A stretch of 64,000 bases of DNA. It comes from Octopus bimaculoides (taxonomy: Eukaryota). Below, piece after piece: positions 40,001-50,882 of the stretch. The notes beneath the pieces were generated by a model. It was not told the DNA's origin. It did not search any database and saw only the letters and a program-made list of their open reading frames with translations. The position numbers and the translations under genes are program-made. The stretch is taken from contig NC_068992.1 in the NCBI RefSeq assembly GCF_001194135.2, positions 56,957,025 to 57,021,024 of the forward strand. Reading direction: 5' to 3'. Numbering within the stretch: the stretch's first letter is position 1; each line of letters starts with the position of its first letter.

Positions 40001-40611
40001 TATATACGACGGGCTTCTTTCAGTTTCCGTCTACCAAATCCACTCACAAGGCTAATTTCATTCATGTTAAATCTTAAATATATTTCCTTTTCTTTTATAT
40101 TTACATATCCCTTCTTTGTAACGTCTTTCTTTCACTTTTAACATATATTTTACTTCTCCCTTTCTCTCTCTTTCTATCTATCTCTCTACCTCTCTCTTTC
40201 TATCAATCTATCTCTCTCTTTCCTTCTCTCTCTATCTATCTATTTATCTATCTTTCTATTCATTTCAGATGAATATGTCAATGATACAGTTTCGTCTGGA
40301 GGAACCAAATCACCCGGAATCCGTTTGCAGTAAACAGTGCGTCCAAGGTCAAGCCAAGACATTTCTGAAAGGTCATACCTGCTGTTGGACTTGCCTCAAC
40401 TGTACAAAATATCAGTTTCTTCCAACAAAGTACGAGTGTAAAGACTGTCCAATGGGGACTCTTCCTAGTCTTAACCAAACATACTGTGTTAAAATAGCAG
40501 AGATCTACCTCAGTGTAGATGACGGGATTGCTATTGGCGCAATGGTGTTCTCTTCATTAGGAATTGTTGCATCTATATTCGTAATTATTGTTTTCATAAG
40601 GTAAATATTCA

Positions 40612-40671
<60 letters not shown>

Positions 40672-41038
40672 TCTAATACTCTTCTGCATAATATATATAT
40701 ATATATATATANNNNNNNNNNNNNNNNNNNNNNNNNNNNNNNNNNNNNNNNNNNNNNNNNNNNNNNNNNNNNNNNNNNNNNNNNNNNNNNNNNNNNNNNN
40801 NNNNNNNNNNNNNNNNNNNNNNNNNNNNNNNNNNNNNNNNNNNNNNNNNNNNNNNNNNNNNNNNNNNNNNNNNNNNNNNNNNNNNNNNNNNNNNNNNNNN
40901 NNNNNNNNNNNNNNNNNNNNNNNNNNNNNNNNNNNNNNNNNNNNNNNNNNNNNNNNNNNNNNNNNNNNNNNNNNNNNNNNNNNNNNNNNNNNNNNNNNNN
41001 NNNNNNNNNNNNNNNNNNNNNNNNNNNNNNNNNNNNNN

Positions 41039-41077
<39 letters not shown>

Positions 41078-43667
41078 TAATTTATAGACAAGCTGTGTGC
41101 ACCATTTTGATCCCCACTCGGGAAGTGTAATACTCACACGTGGTATTGTTACCATATGCATATTGTACAAAAAATATTTTCCATCGTTTATCAAGTGTTT
41201 TAGCCTTATGATCTGGGCTTTTAAACTAAAGCAAATGTATCGGTCTTTTGACATATTAGAATACAATTACACTTGGGAGGTTTTGTATAGATATAACTTC
41301 ATTATTCTCTTTGCAAACTTTTCCTGTGTATCTCGACTGAAGCGGATACAGTATGAAATATTAGTTACTGAACATCGAATAGACTAAACGCTTGAGAAAC
41401 GAGTTTTCTCCATATTCAATAATCCTATATAGTGAACTATGAAAGTAAAAGTCCTAACCGCTTGTCATTCATATAAAATAATCATAAGCCCTTTCTCAAG
41501 ACCTCTTCATTAGAAGGAAGCCGTGTGTATTCATGCTGACAGCTCGTTCGTTCATTCATTATGCAGATTCCGAAATTAACAATTGGAACCTCATCCAAGA
41601 AATGCTTGAATTCGTTTTCTTTATCTTCGGAGTGTGTATAAATATAATTTGCAGAAACTATTTTTCAATAACGGTAATATTCACATGCATCTTCTGCTAG
41701 ATAAGGAGATTCAATCCTATACAATTCTGTGAATTTCTTTGTCTCTTCCATTCAATCGATGGCAACGTTTATCGTGAGTAACAAATAAGCCACCGTGCAG
41801 ACACTTTATTGATATTTAAAGTGTTATATTGGCCAGCAGTCGAATATGCAGGGCACTGCTCTGTGGCTGTTGATTATCAAGGCCTGCAATACACTAGAAT
41901 TTCATAGAATAGAGTTAATCTCATTCTTAGAGTTTGCTCTAAGGTTTCTTTGCCAGTTTTCAAAGGTACTTTCCACTGTAATTTTCCCAGGAAATTACTA
42001 TTAATGAAATCTAATGTTACGAATGAAAAGTTATTTATGTGAACACAATAAGAATTTCTAGATGTCGTTACGTGTCTATTGTGTGTATTGGTTATTATTA
42101 TATTTGCCAACAGGAATTTAATTTCAATTTGGTATTAAGGATATAAGTGAGAACCAATCAACGACCCACGCATTAACGAATACTTATAAGACGGCAAATA
42201 TAATATAACACGGTAAATAGCTCATTGATACCACGAGGCGTGTCCTATAGAAGTGAACGAAAAGGCCAATTACAATGTGTATATGCACGTATATATATAT
42301 ATATATATATACACGTGCATATACTCACAGATATGTACGTGTGTATGCGTATGTGTATGCTATTAACTTCGCTCGTATATTTCTTTCATTACTTTTTACT
42401 CGCGGCTTATATGATCACAAACTTAACTGGAAACTATACTTACTGAAGGAAAGCGAATATAAATATACATGAACACTGTTCATAAACCGCCGTTGCTGTA
42501 CTTTCACTAAATATTCATTATTTTTTGTGTAATAAACGGATATTCTTTGCAACTATACAATAGACAGGAAGTCAAATTAACAATCAGCTTGTGATGAAAT
42601 TTTCCATATCAATACGCATAGTATAAGCTGGCATGATGAGTATGTACCTGCCTTTAGAATGCAAATCTCAATAACCTCACACTGCATAAGCGGTTTAGTG
42701 CCCAAGAATATTTTATGTAAGTCCGGTACACAACAAACACCACAAACCAACAGCGGAATAGATACAATATATACTAACATTCATATATGTATATATACAT
42801 AATAGAACAGGTAAACAACATGCACCGGCTTAAATTATGACATGCTTATACAGATCTCAGAGAAAATAAATGCATAAAAGAGTATAAATCGCTGAAGGTT
42901 ATTAAAGGTTGCGATATGGAGCTTCTTAATAAAATGGTTAACACATTTACGCAGTGCTGTTTTAAATCAAGCACACACTGGGTAGTTGCTCAGGAGCCTC
43001 ACAGACTTAAGGTTCCAGTTATGATCTATGAATGACGTGCCTTGTTGTCAAGAAGTAAATGTTATAGGGCCGAGTGCATCGATTTGCCGCGGCACTATAC
43101 TATTGCTAATATTATCTGTAGTGAATATTTTTAATTAATAATATTCACAACAATGATATAGGCGATTCCAAGTTTACTAGCACGAAGCATAAGGTTGCGC
43201 GAAATATATAAGCACCGTGTGGACTGGTTTTGGCACAAAACAAACCAGAACGCTAGTGGACTAATAACGTGGCAAATTTTCCTTTAGTAGCTCATACTGA
43301 TGAAGGTTGAGGCCCATTGGGCCAACACCTAAAACCATGGTATATGAGAATCTGAATGGTATAATTTTTAGTGATATGTTTTTCAATTTCTTAACTTTTT
43401 ATCCATTTTCTCGCTTACACTTATTTTCTGTTATTTTTGTCCTTTTCGGTGGTTGATTTGTGACTTTAACTGCTATTTCTAAACAGGTTGATGATTCGCG
43501 CATCCCTGTGCTTTGTGCTAACTGTTAATTTTATAGCTATATAATGCTATTTAATCTGTTGTTAATATTATCAATTGAAAATATTTAGCACAGTTAATAT
43601 TAACAATAGTAATATCTTATTTCGAATGTGAGCATTTGAATATTTGTTTACATATGTGTGTGTGTGT

Positions 43668-43714
<47 letters not shown>

Positions 43715-43798
43715 GGTCTCTGTGTGTGTCTATGTTTGTGCATACGTGTATGTGTGTGTTTGCATATAGTCTCTCTCTCTCTCTCATTCTCTCTCTAT

Positions 43799-43852
<54 letters not shown>

Positions 43853-46800
43853 ATGTGTGTGTGTGTGTGTGTATGTGTGTATGTATATATGTATGGGTAT
43901 GTTATAATTATGATCATCATTATTATTAACAGAATCAAATTTGGCCGGTCGGCAGATTTGTTACAGCGCCGTTCATAAGACTTTCTGACATTCCTTTCGG
44001 CTTTTACCGACCATAGTACAAATTCCGCCTTTCGTCCCTCTGAAATATATATATCTGTGTATATATACACACATACACACACAAACACACACGCACACGC
44101 ACACACATACACACGCACACACACACACGTATATACATACATACATACATACATACATACATACATACATACATACATACATACATTCGTAAGTACATAC
44201 ATGCACACATACATACCTGTATGTATATTTTATTCTCATAATATCTTATTCTCGTAACTTCTGATATAAACAAAATATGCCCGGCGTTATCTCCACCTGC
44301 TTTCATGGTCCAGCGAGGATTATTACGATAATGGTAATACTTTCTTGTCAATACCCCAACAAGTATGATAGGCACAACCGCATATCTCTATGTTTAAATA
44401 ATGTGATAACTTTATTCTTGTCAATAAATGCTATGATCGAATCAGTACATTCGGTAGAATTCTAAAAGCATCTTTCATGTCAAATCATTATTTTCTTCTA
44501 TTTCCAGATATAGTGCAACACCAGTGGTGAAAGCATCAGGGCGAGAGCTCAGTTTCGTCTTATTGATTGGCATTTTCATGTGTTATTGTATGACTTTCCT
44601 TGTAGTGGCAAAACCAAATGCCTTTACATGTGGCTCACAGCAGTTTGGAATCGGTTTATGTTTTGCCATAACGTACGCCGCAATTTTAACCAAGACAAAT
44701 CGAATAGCACGGATCTTCCGTGCCGGTAAGCGCACCGCAAAACGGCCTAAGTTCATTAGTCCAAGATCTCAACTATTTATTTGCGGTTCACTAGTATCAC
44801 TGCAGCTAGCAATTGGTGTTATTTGGTTACTTATGAGCCCACCTAAAGCAATTCCATTCTATGCTAATCGTAATGACCACCAACTAATATGTAAAGCGGC
44901 TCAAGGTTTTTCCTATATGATTGGCTTTAGCTACCCTATATTTTTAGTCAATATCTGCACAGTTTACGCTGTGCTAACGAGGAAAATACCAGAAGCGTTT
45001 AATGAATCAAAATATATAGGATTCACAATGTATACAACTTTTATTATATGGCTCGCATTTGTTCCAATATATTTTACAACAGCACACAATATCGAAGTCA
45101 GAATGGCTACCATGTGCTTCTCAATCAGCCTGAGCGCTACAGTCGCATTGGTTTGTATGTTCACTCCGAAATTATACATTATTTTACTTCATCCTGAAAA
45201 AAATGTGCGTCAGTCTATGATGACATCCAAAGTATTGATTGCTAAAACGAATTCTTCGGCAATTAGAGTGGACTCCGGTACACAATCAGATGGTATGTAT
45301 AATTATTTAAAATTCTTGCTCTTTTAAATAAAAAAAGAAATAATGTTTTTATTAAGGCAGAAATGTAAACACGTCGGACAAACTGCTTAGCAGCATTTCA
45401 TCTGTCTTTCATTTCCGAATTTAGATTCAGCCGAGATCGACTTTGTCTTACACCCTTTCGGTGTTCATAATATTGACTTTAAATTTTGGCACAAGAGCAG
45501 CAAGTTCAAGGAAGGAAATGAGTCGATTACGTGACCCCATTGCTCAGCTGGTACTTATTTTATCGATCTCTAGAGATTGAAAGGCAAAGTCGACCTCGGC
45601 GGAATTTGAACTCAGAACATAAAGGTAGACGAAATCCCGTTAAGCGTGTTGCCCTGCCTCTCAACGATTCTGCTAGGTCACCGCCTTCCCGGGGTTGGTA
45701 TTATTAGTACTAGTCAAGCACTGGAGTCAATGCAATCGACTTCGTCACTCCTCAAACTGGCTGATCTTCTGCCAAATTAATGAAGCATTATTGATTTGCA
45801 TACAAGTGTGTTGCAATGGCGGAACTGTTTGAACTTGTAAGAAAACGCCTTACGTTAATTTTCCTGATTCTTTATCTTCTCGGTTCAAATCTCTCCGTAG
45901 GCAGCTTTCCTTCTCTATGCTGTCACTAAAACAAACTCTTCATTAAACACTAGGATCAACTTCTCCGTTTCCTACAAAATTGCTGACCTTGTGCTTAAAC
46001 TAGAAATCACTGGTGGGTTCCAGTTTTTGCACAAGGTGAGAAATTTCGGCGGAAGGGGTAAACTGATGACATCGGTCCCAGTACTCAACTAGTACATATA
46101 TTACTAACCCTTATATTTATCGATCCTGACATGACGAATTCGAGTTCAGAATGTAAAGGCAGGTGAAATGCTTCTAAGAAACCATTATTAATTCGTTTAT
46201 TTACTTTTATGCAATGGCAGATTTATCTAAGCCTCCGTAAAAGATTACAGTATAGTATTTATTGCGGATCTTTACGTCTTCATTTCAAATCGCGCTTAAC
46301 CTGGTGAATAAAACAAAACCCCCATCAAGTACATGAGTACGTTTCATCGATTATATCCTTCACCAAAATACATGACCTTGTTCCAGAGTTAGAAAATCAA
46401 TATATGAGTCCTCGTCTCTGATTTCAATGTTTTAGCTATTCTGTCGCATGTAAATACGATAAACTAATTATAGTTTGAAGAAAGTTAATTAAATTGACAT
46501 TTAAATATAGGAAGGTAATCGATGAAAATAAATCAAAGCGTGATTTTCTTTAGTTCTGAAGTATACCATAAGTTTGATAATGGTACAGATAAAACTCTTC
46601 TTCTTCTTCTTCTTCTTCTTCTTCTTCTTCTTCTTCTTCTTCTTCTTCTTCTTCTTCTTCTCCTTCTCCTCCTCCTCCTCCTCCTCCTCCTCCTCCTCCT
46701 CCTCCTCCTTCTTCTTCTTCCTCTTCTTCTTCTTCACCTAGTTTCATGACAGACTTAACCAGCCACCCGGTTTAACACCACCTTGGGTGCCTTTACGTGA

Positions 46801-48176
46801 TTCCATTCTGCTGCAAGCACTCAACACAAGTCTCTGCTTTCAGCAAATATTTTCTTATTTTCCCCAATAGGCCATGCAATGGCATTCTCTACAGATAATA
46901 AGAAAAGAAAATCCTGAACTCATAGACATGTACAGTGGAAAAAGTTTAGAAGGAATTGAGGTGGAGGAGGATAACTTTAGACAATAATTCAAATGTTCAT
47001 CGTATTTTTTTGGGGGGGGATAATGATAATCAAAACCAGTTCATCAGATTTACAATGAAGGATGTGAGACAACAGACAAACCTAATTCGAACCAAACTAC
47101 TCGAACTTTAAAAAAAGAATGAAATATTGAACAGAGTGGGTCAAGATCTTTTGATTGAAGGAAAGCGTGATCAAGACTGGAACGCCTTGCGGTGTTAAAC
47201 CGCCATTATGATTAATCTGGTGCTAAACAACAACAATGATGTTAATTATATTCTTATTCGTATATATTTTCAATAGGGTGCAAATCTAAAAGCAAGGTTT
47301 ACAAGGAACGGATATTTTCTCACGTTTTTCTGGTTGTTCCGTTCTATAAAGCCAGTGTAGCCCAAGGGAAACGAAAGTCATCAAACGGTTTAACATGAGG
47401 TATCCTTAACATGTTGCCCACAAAATGGAGGTTAAATATTACGAGATAGTCATTAGGACTTCGTCCCTCAATTCTAGCTTTTGGTATCCCTAACTTGTTG
47501 TTGTTGTTTTTATTGCTGTTTAGCCGTAAATCAGTCTTGTTTGAGGAGGCAAATGATCAACGACACCCCACACTTGGCTACCTATCCTGTTTTTCAGTCT
47601 TCGCAGGGCCACATTATCTTTCTTATTTAAGTAGACGCTTATTCGTAACAAGTTTGGCTTATATTTCTAGCTGTTAATTCGGACATGTACGTACTCATAT
47701 GTAGTCTCAGCAGTAAATTTTGATATACATTTGTAAAATCAGTAGAACATCAAACCAGTAGCTTGATAATATCGGCCTAGTGCAGAAATAAAATGTATGG
47801 TGCCATTTAATTATGATATTTGCCGAGCTCGATTTGACCGTTCTTTATTAAGTGTTTGATAAACCACAATAGTCAAATACTGTGGTAGGCTATATTTGAC
47901 TATAACCTTCCATCAGAAAGTTGTACTTCCTGTATCTTTGTAAGAAACCAGTATTTGATATAGATCAGTAGACAGGAAGAATCTTCAAAAATGAATTGTG
48001 GCATTTGCTCTACATTCAATTAGCTCTACGTTCAAATTCCACCTAAAACCAATTTTACCTGTCTGTTTCCGGTGTCATTAAAATATCAATCTATTCCTTT
48101 CTATCCACGAATTTGTAGATTTCTACATAATCTAAAAAAGACTCATAGATGACACGAGAGTGCATAGGGGCGTATA

Positions 48177-48219
<43 letters not shown>

Positions 48220-48705
48220 NNNNNNNNNNNNNNNNNNNNNNNNNNNNNNNNNNNNNNNNNNNNNNNNNNNNNNNNNNNNNNNNNNNNNNNNNNNNNNNNN
48301 NNNNNNNNNNNNNNNNNNNNNNNNNNNNNNNNNNNNNNNNNNNNNNNNNNNNNNNNNNNNNNNNNNNNNNNNNNNNNNNNNNNNNNNNNNNNNNNNNNNN
48401 NNNNNNNNNNNNNNNNNNNNNNNNNNNNNNNNNNNNNNNNNNNNNNNNNNNNNNNNNNNNNNNNNNNNNNNNNNNNNNNNNNNNNNNNNNNNNNNNNNNN
48501 NNNNNNNNNNNNNNNNNNNNNNNNNNNNNNNNNNNNNNNNNNNNNNNNNNNNNNNNNNNNNNNNNNNNNNNNNNNNNNNNNNNNNNNNNNNNNNNNNNNN
48601 NNNNNNNNNNNNNNNNNNNNNNNNNNNNNNNNNNNNNNNNNNNNNNNNNNNNNNNNNNNNNNNNNNNNNNNNNNNNNNNNNNNNNNNNNNNNNNNNNNNN
48701 NNNNN

Positions 48706-48782
<77 letters not shown>

Positions 48783-49036
48783 CTTCTCGTTCAATGATGT
48801 TTGCCTTGTACCGATATGAGTAAACAGTCTATATATGTTTTAAAGTTGATTTTTCTCTCTTCCTTTTCCCAGAGGTAGAAATGACACAGCGCCTGAAGCG
48901 TTCCAGCTCATTCAGCAGTCTATACAGCCGATCAACAAATGCTACGCAGACACAAAGTTTTAACGGACACAGTGTTAGTACACAAACTTTAGATAGTCTT
49001 GGAAATGAGTTTGACGATCATGATGTTGAACTGTAA
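21287..49036 (+). CDS. Metabotropic glutamate receptor-type class C GPCR, mangetout/mXR-like; 5'-partial gene, 5 exons in window, 508 aa
   Basis: Join 21287-21392, 33296-33435, 40269-40600, 44508-45292, 48873-49036 = 1527 nt with an open frame to TAA. All four introns are GT-AG with matching phases (1,0,2,1). The product has the VFT C-terminal part, a CRD with 9 Cys, and a 7TM with [33 protein letters not shown] and [17 protein letters not shown]. Confidence 0.95.
22431..22786 (+). mobile_element. RLE non-LTR retrotransposon C-terminal fragment (R4/Dong-like)
   Basis: [68 protein letters not shown], with frameshifts. Confidence 0.85.
22929..23315 (+). mobile_element. Full-length tRNA-derived SINE, family C, with 10-bp target-site duplication
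   Basis: A box tggcccagtgattag, B box ggtttcgattccc, caacaacaaa tail. TSD CATCTCATGT at 22919-22928 and 23316-23325. Confidence 0.92.
23890..24240 (+). mobile_element. CR1/L2-group LINE ORF2 C-terminal fragment
   Basis: [20 protein letters not shown]...[13 protein letters not shown] resembles the LDRIQRRA.RLI..L..RR..LWN.LP..VFP tail of CR1-type elements. Confidence 0.65.
24395..24735 (+). mobile_element. Family A SINE plus partial second copy
   Basis: agctggctgagttgttag head, cgttcaaattccgg B-box region, repeated gtcgataaaataagta and aaatttgaaacc tails. Confidence 0.7.
26300..26670 (-). mobile_element. Chapaev-3 (CMC superfamily)-like transposase C-terminal remnant
   Basis: Minus strand [16 protein letters not shown]....[37 protein letters not shown] matches the recalled NMSLK.HFLHSHLDFF..SDE.GERFHQDI..ME.RYQG.W..MLADYCW.L motif. 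Confidence 0.75.
30500..31580 (-). mobile_element. Cluster of about 5 same-orientation family A SINE copies
   Basis: Repeated tttggcacaa tail and atcgac...gatgaaag...aacctcg...gaatt cores at about 30500, 30710, 30910, 31130 and 31370. Confidence 0.75.
32700..33100 (-). mobile_element. Dispersed repeat of Penelope-like terminal-repeat style (tentative)
   Basis: GC-richer block adjoining (TA)n and containing gtagctgatgaagg on the minus strand. No RT or GIY-YIG ORF seen. Confidence 0.3.
33296..33435 (+). CDS. mGluR-like exon, end of VFT ([26 protein letters not shown]...[11 protein letters not shown])
   Basis: Acceptor tatttttcag, donor GAT|gtaagt. Phase 1 start completes the Gly from the previous exon. 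[13 protein letters not shown] motif. Confidence 0.95.
34907..34961 (-). ncRNA. Minimal type I hammerhead motif, intact core, one mismatch in stem I
   Basis: Minus strand gttc-CTGATGA-atatgtt...agcgtgt-GAAA-ctattagt-A-gcac. Confidence 0.55.
36330..37174 (-). mobile_element. Mariner (DD34D) element, 5' TIR plus decayed transposase, 3'-truncated
   Basis: HTH region [28 protein letters not shown], frameshifted DRFVPYEL (WVPHEL motif) and [11 protein letters not shown]-like ttaggtcgtttcgcatgaaatgtcgca with flanking TA at 37175-37176. Confidence 0.92.
38900..39240 (-). mobile_element. RTE-clade LINE RT C-terminal fragment
   Basis: [25 protein letters not shown]....[34 protein letters not shown] resembles RTE S..VP.LTYG.E.W.MTERIRS.IQA.EM.FLRR..G..L.DR.RS..IR..L.VE. 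Confidence 0.75.
39555..40052 (-). mobile_element. Family B SINE with internal (CA)n/(TA)n and N gap, (TCTTTTAT)n tail
   Basis: gactgaaacaaattaaagaataaaagaataaaag tail, ggcggtgctccagtatggccacag, and gtagacggaaactgaaagaagcccgtcgtatata flanking the microsatellite. Confidence 0.85.
40269..40600 (+). CDS. mGluR-like exon, cysteine-rich domain and TM1
   Basis: Acceptor catttcag, donor AG|gtaaat. PESVCSKQC...CCWTCLNC...ECKDC...YC carries all nine CRD cysteines, followed by hydrophobic TM1. Confidence 0.97.
41700..41960 (-). mobile_element. Highly decayed mariner fragment
   Basis: Minus strand [10 protein letters not shown] motif (KVSARWVP-type); surrounding frame disrupted. Confidence 0.4.
43291..43348 (+). 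ncRNA. Minimal type I hammerhead motif, G12A variant
   Basis: ctcata-CTGATGA-aggt(tga ggccc att gggcc aac)acct-AAAA-ccatggt-A-tatgag. Perfect 6-bp stem I, palindromic ACCATGGT stem III. Confidence 0.75.
44508..45292 (+). CDS. mGluR-like exon, TM2-TM7 and proximal C-tail
   Basis: Acceptor ttcttctatttccag (AG|A = Arg, then [15 protein letters not shown]), donor GAT G|gtatgt. Classic class C 7TM motifs. Confidence 0.97.
45350..46170. mobile_element. Cluster of family A SINEs in alternating orientation (+,-,+,+,-)
   Basis: About 45350-45470(+), 45480-45690(-), 45700-45790(+ partial), 45860-46000(+), 46010-46170(-). Confidence 0.75.
46597..46737. repeat. Compound (CTT)n(CCT)n microsatellite
   Basis: Direct inspection. 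Confidence 0.95.
48873..49036 (+). CDS. Probable terminal exon ([54 protein letters not shown])
   Basis: Long polypyrimidine tract ttttctctcttccttttcccag. Phase 1 compatible. 54-codon S/T-rich frame ending in TAA, with AATAAA 65 nt downstream. No homology check was possible for this low-conservation tail. Confidence 0.72.
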
Positions 49037-49100
49037 TAACTTTAGCTTTCTGAAACATGTGTATGTTTTACGTTCTGAATTTGAAGGAGGTAAATTAAAT

Positions 49101-49106
49101 AATAAA
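49101..49106 (+). promoter_or_regulatory. Candidate polyadenylation signal AATAAA
   Basis: First AATAAA after the stop codon. The hexamer is common in AT-rich DNA and further copies occur near 49348 and 49522. Confidence 0.35.
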
Positions 49107-49718
49107 AGTATATAAAATATAAATTCTATGAGAATTCCAATAACATTACAACACCATCAATCGCAACCATCGATCACAGTGAACGTATTGGCGGTGTCTT
49201 CACAAAAACAACAAGAACGAGGAATATTAGATCGTCAGATGCATGACATATCGCAACCATCACATTCGAAATCCTAGCTACGACAGAATACGTGGATTTC
49301 TCAAAAACCATTGTATGTCTGTGACACGAATACCAACGACAGCAGCAATAAATGAGAAACATAAAAATACAACTGTAACAGAAAATAAGAAATATAACAA
49401 CAATAACAATAACAACAAAAACAAAAAATTGCAACAATGATAACAACAACAATAACAATATTGATGACAATACAATCAGCAAAACGGGAGCAACACAATC
49501 AGAATCAATAATATATTCATCAAATAAAAGGTTGTAAACTGCTGAAAGATTCAGCATTAAACAAAAAGTCAAAAATCAAAACAACATTGACAGCAAAAAA
49601 CAGTGTTTAAATGAATATTTTCCCTTTTCCTTAACTTTTTTCATCTTAAAAACATCATTTGGTGTCATTTAGTTACGTTCTTTGGTGAGAAAGAAAACAA
49701 CAAAAGCAAAAAACAGCA

Positions 49719-49755
<37 letters not shown>

Positions 49756-50882
49756 NNNNNNNNNNNNNNNNNNNNNNNNNNNNNNNNNNNNNNNNNNNNN
49801 NNNNNNNNNNNNNNNNNNNNNNNNNNNNNNNNNNNNNNNNNNNNNNNNNNNNNNNNNNNNNNNNNNNNNNNNNNNNNNNNNNNNNNNNNNNNNNNNNNNN
49901 NNNNNNNNNNNNNNNNNNNNNNNNNNNNNNNNNNNNNNNNNNNNNNNNNNNNNNNNNNNNNNNNNNNNNNNNNNNNNNNNNNNNNNNNNNNNNNNNNNNN
50001 NNNNNNNNNNNNNNNNNNNNNNNNNNNNNNNNNNNNNNNNNNNNNNNNNNNNNNNNNNNNNNNNNNNNNNNNNNNNNNNNNNNNNNNNNNNNNNNNNNNN
50101 NNNNNNNNNNNNNNNNNNNNNNNNNNNNNNNNNNNNNNNNNNNNNNNNNNNNNNNNNNNNNNNNNNNNNNNNNNNNNNNNNNNNNNNNNNNNNNNNNNNN
50201 NNNNNNNNNNNNNNNNNNNNNNNNNNNNNNNNNNNNNNNNNNNNNNNNNNNNNNNNNNNNNNNNNNNNNNNNNNNNNNNNNNNNNNNNNNNNNNNNNNNN
50301 NNNNNNNNNNNNNNNATATATATATATATATATATATATATACATGAATATATATAACAAAGTAAAGTTGCACATCTCTCTGTGGATTTACATGTTTGTT
50401 GTGTTTATGTGTGTGTAAAGAAAGTTTATATGAAACGAACACAAATATATACATATATATGTAAGTATATTATATTATTTGAGGAACAATTTTCTGAAAT
50501 TCAAAATTATTAACATAAAAAACTTTAAAAAGTAGAACGACACAAATCCTTGGAAAGAAAAATTCGTATGCATCATACACACACACACACACACACACAC
50601 AAGCATACACACACACACACATATGTGTGTATATGTGTATATATATATATGTATGTATGTGTGTGTGTATATATAGATATAGATATGTGTACATATGTAT
50701 ATGTATGTTTCTGTGTTTGCATGTTTATATGTATATATATGGATGTATGTATATAAATGAACGTATGAATATCTATGTATATAGTTATATATGTATATAT
50801 GTATAAATATATGCATACATACAGCTCTAAGAAATCTATGTCTGTTAAAGTATAATGTTTATAACTTTAATAACCGTTATGT

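Noticed and set aside
45293-45327. Read-through C-terminus [11 protein letters not shown] from the ORF track
   Set aside because: It runs past a canonical G|gtatgt donor into AT-rich intron. No evidence for retention.
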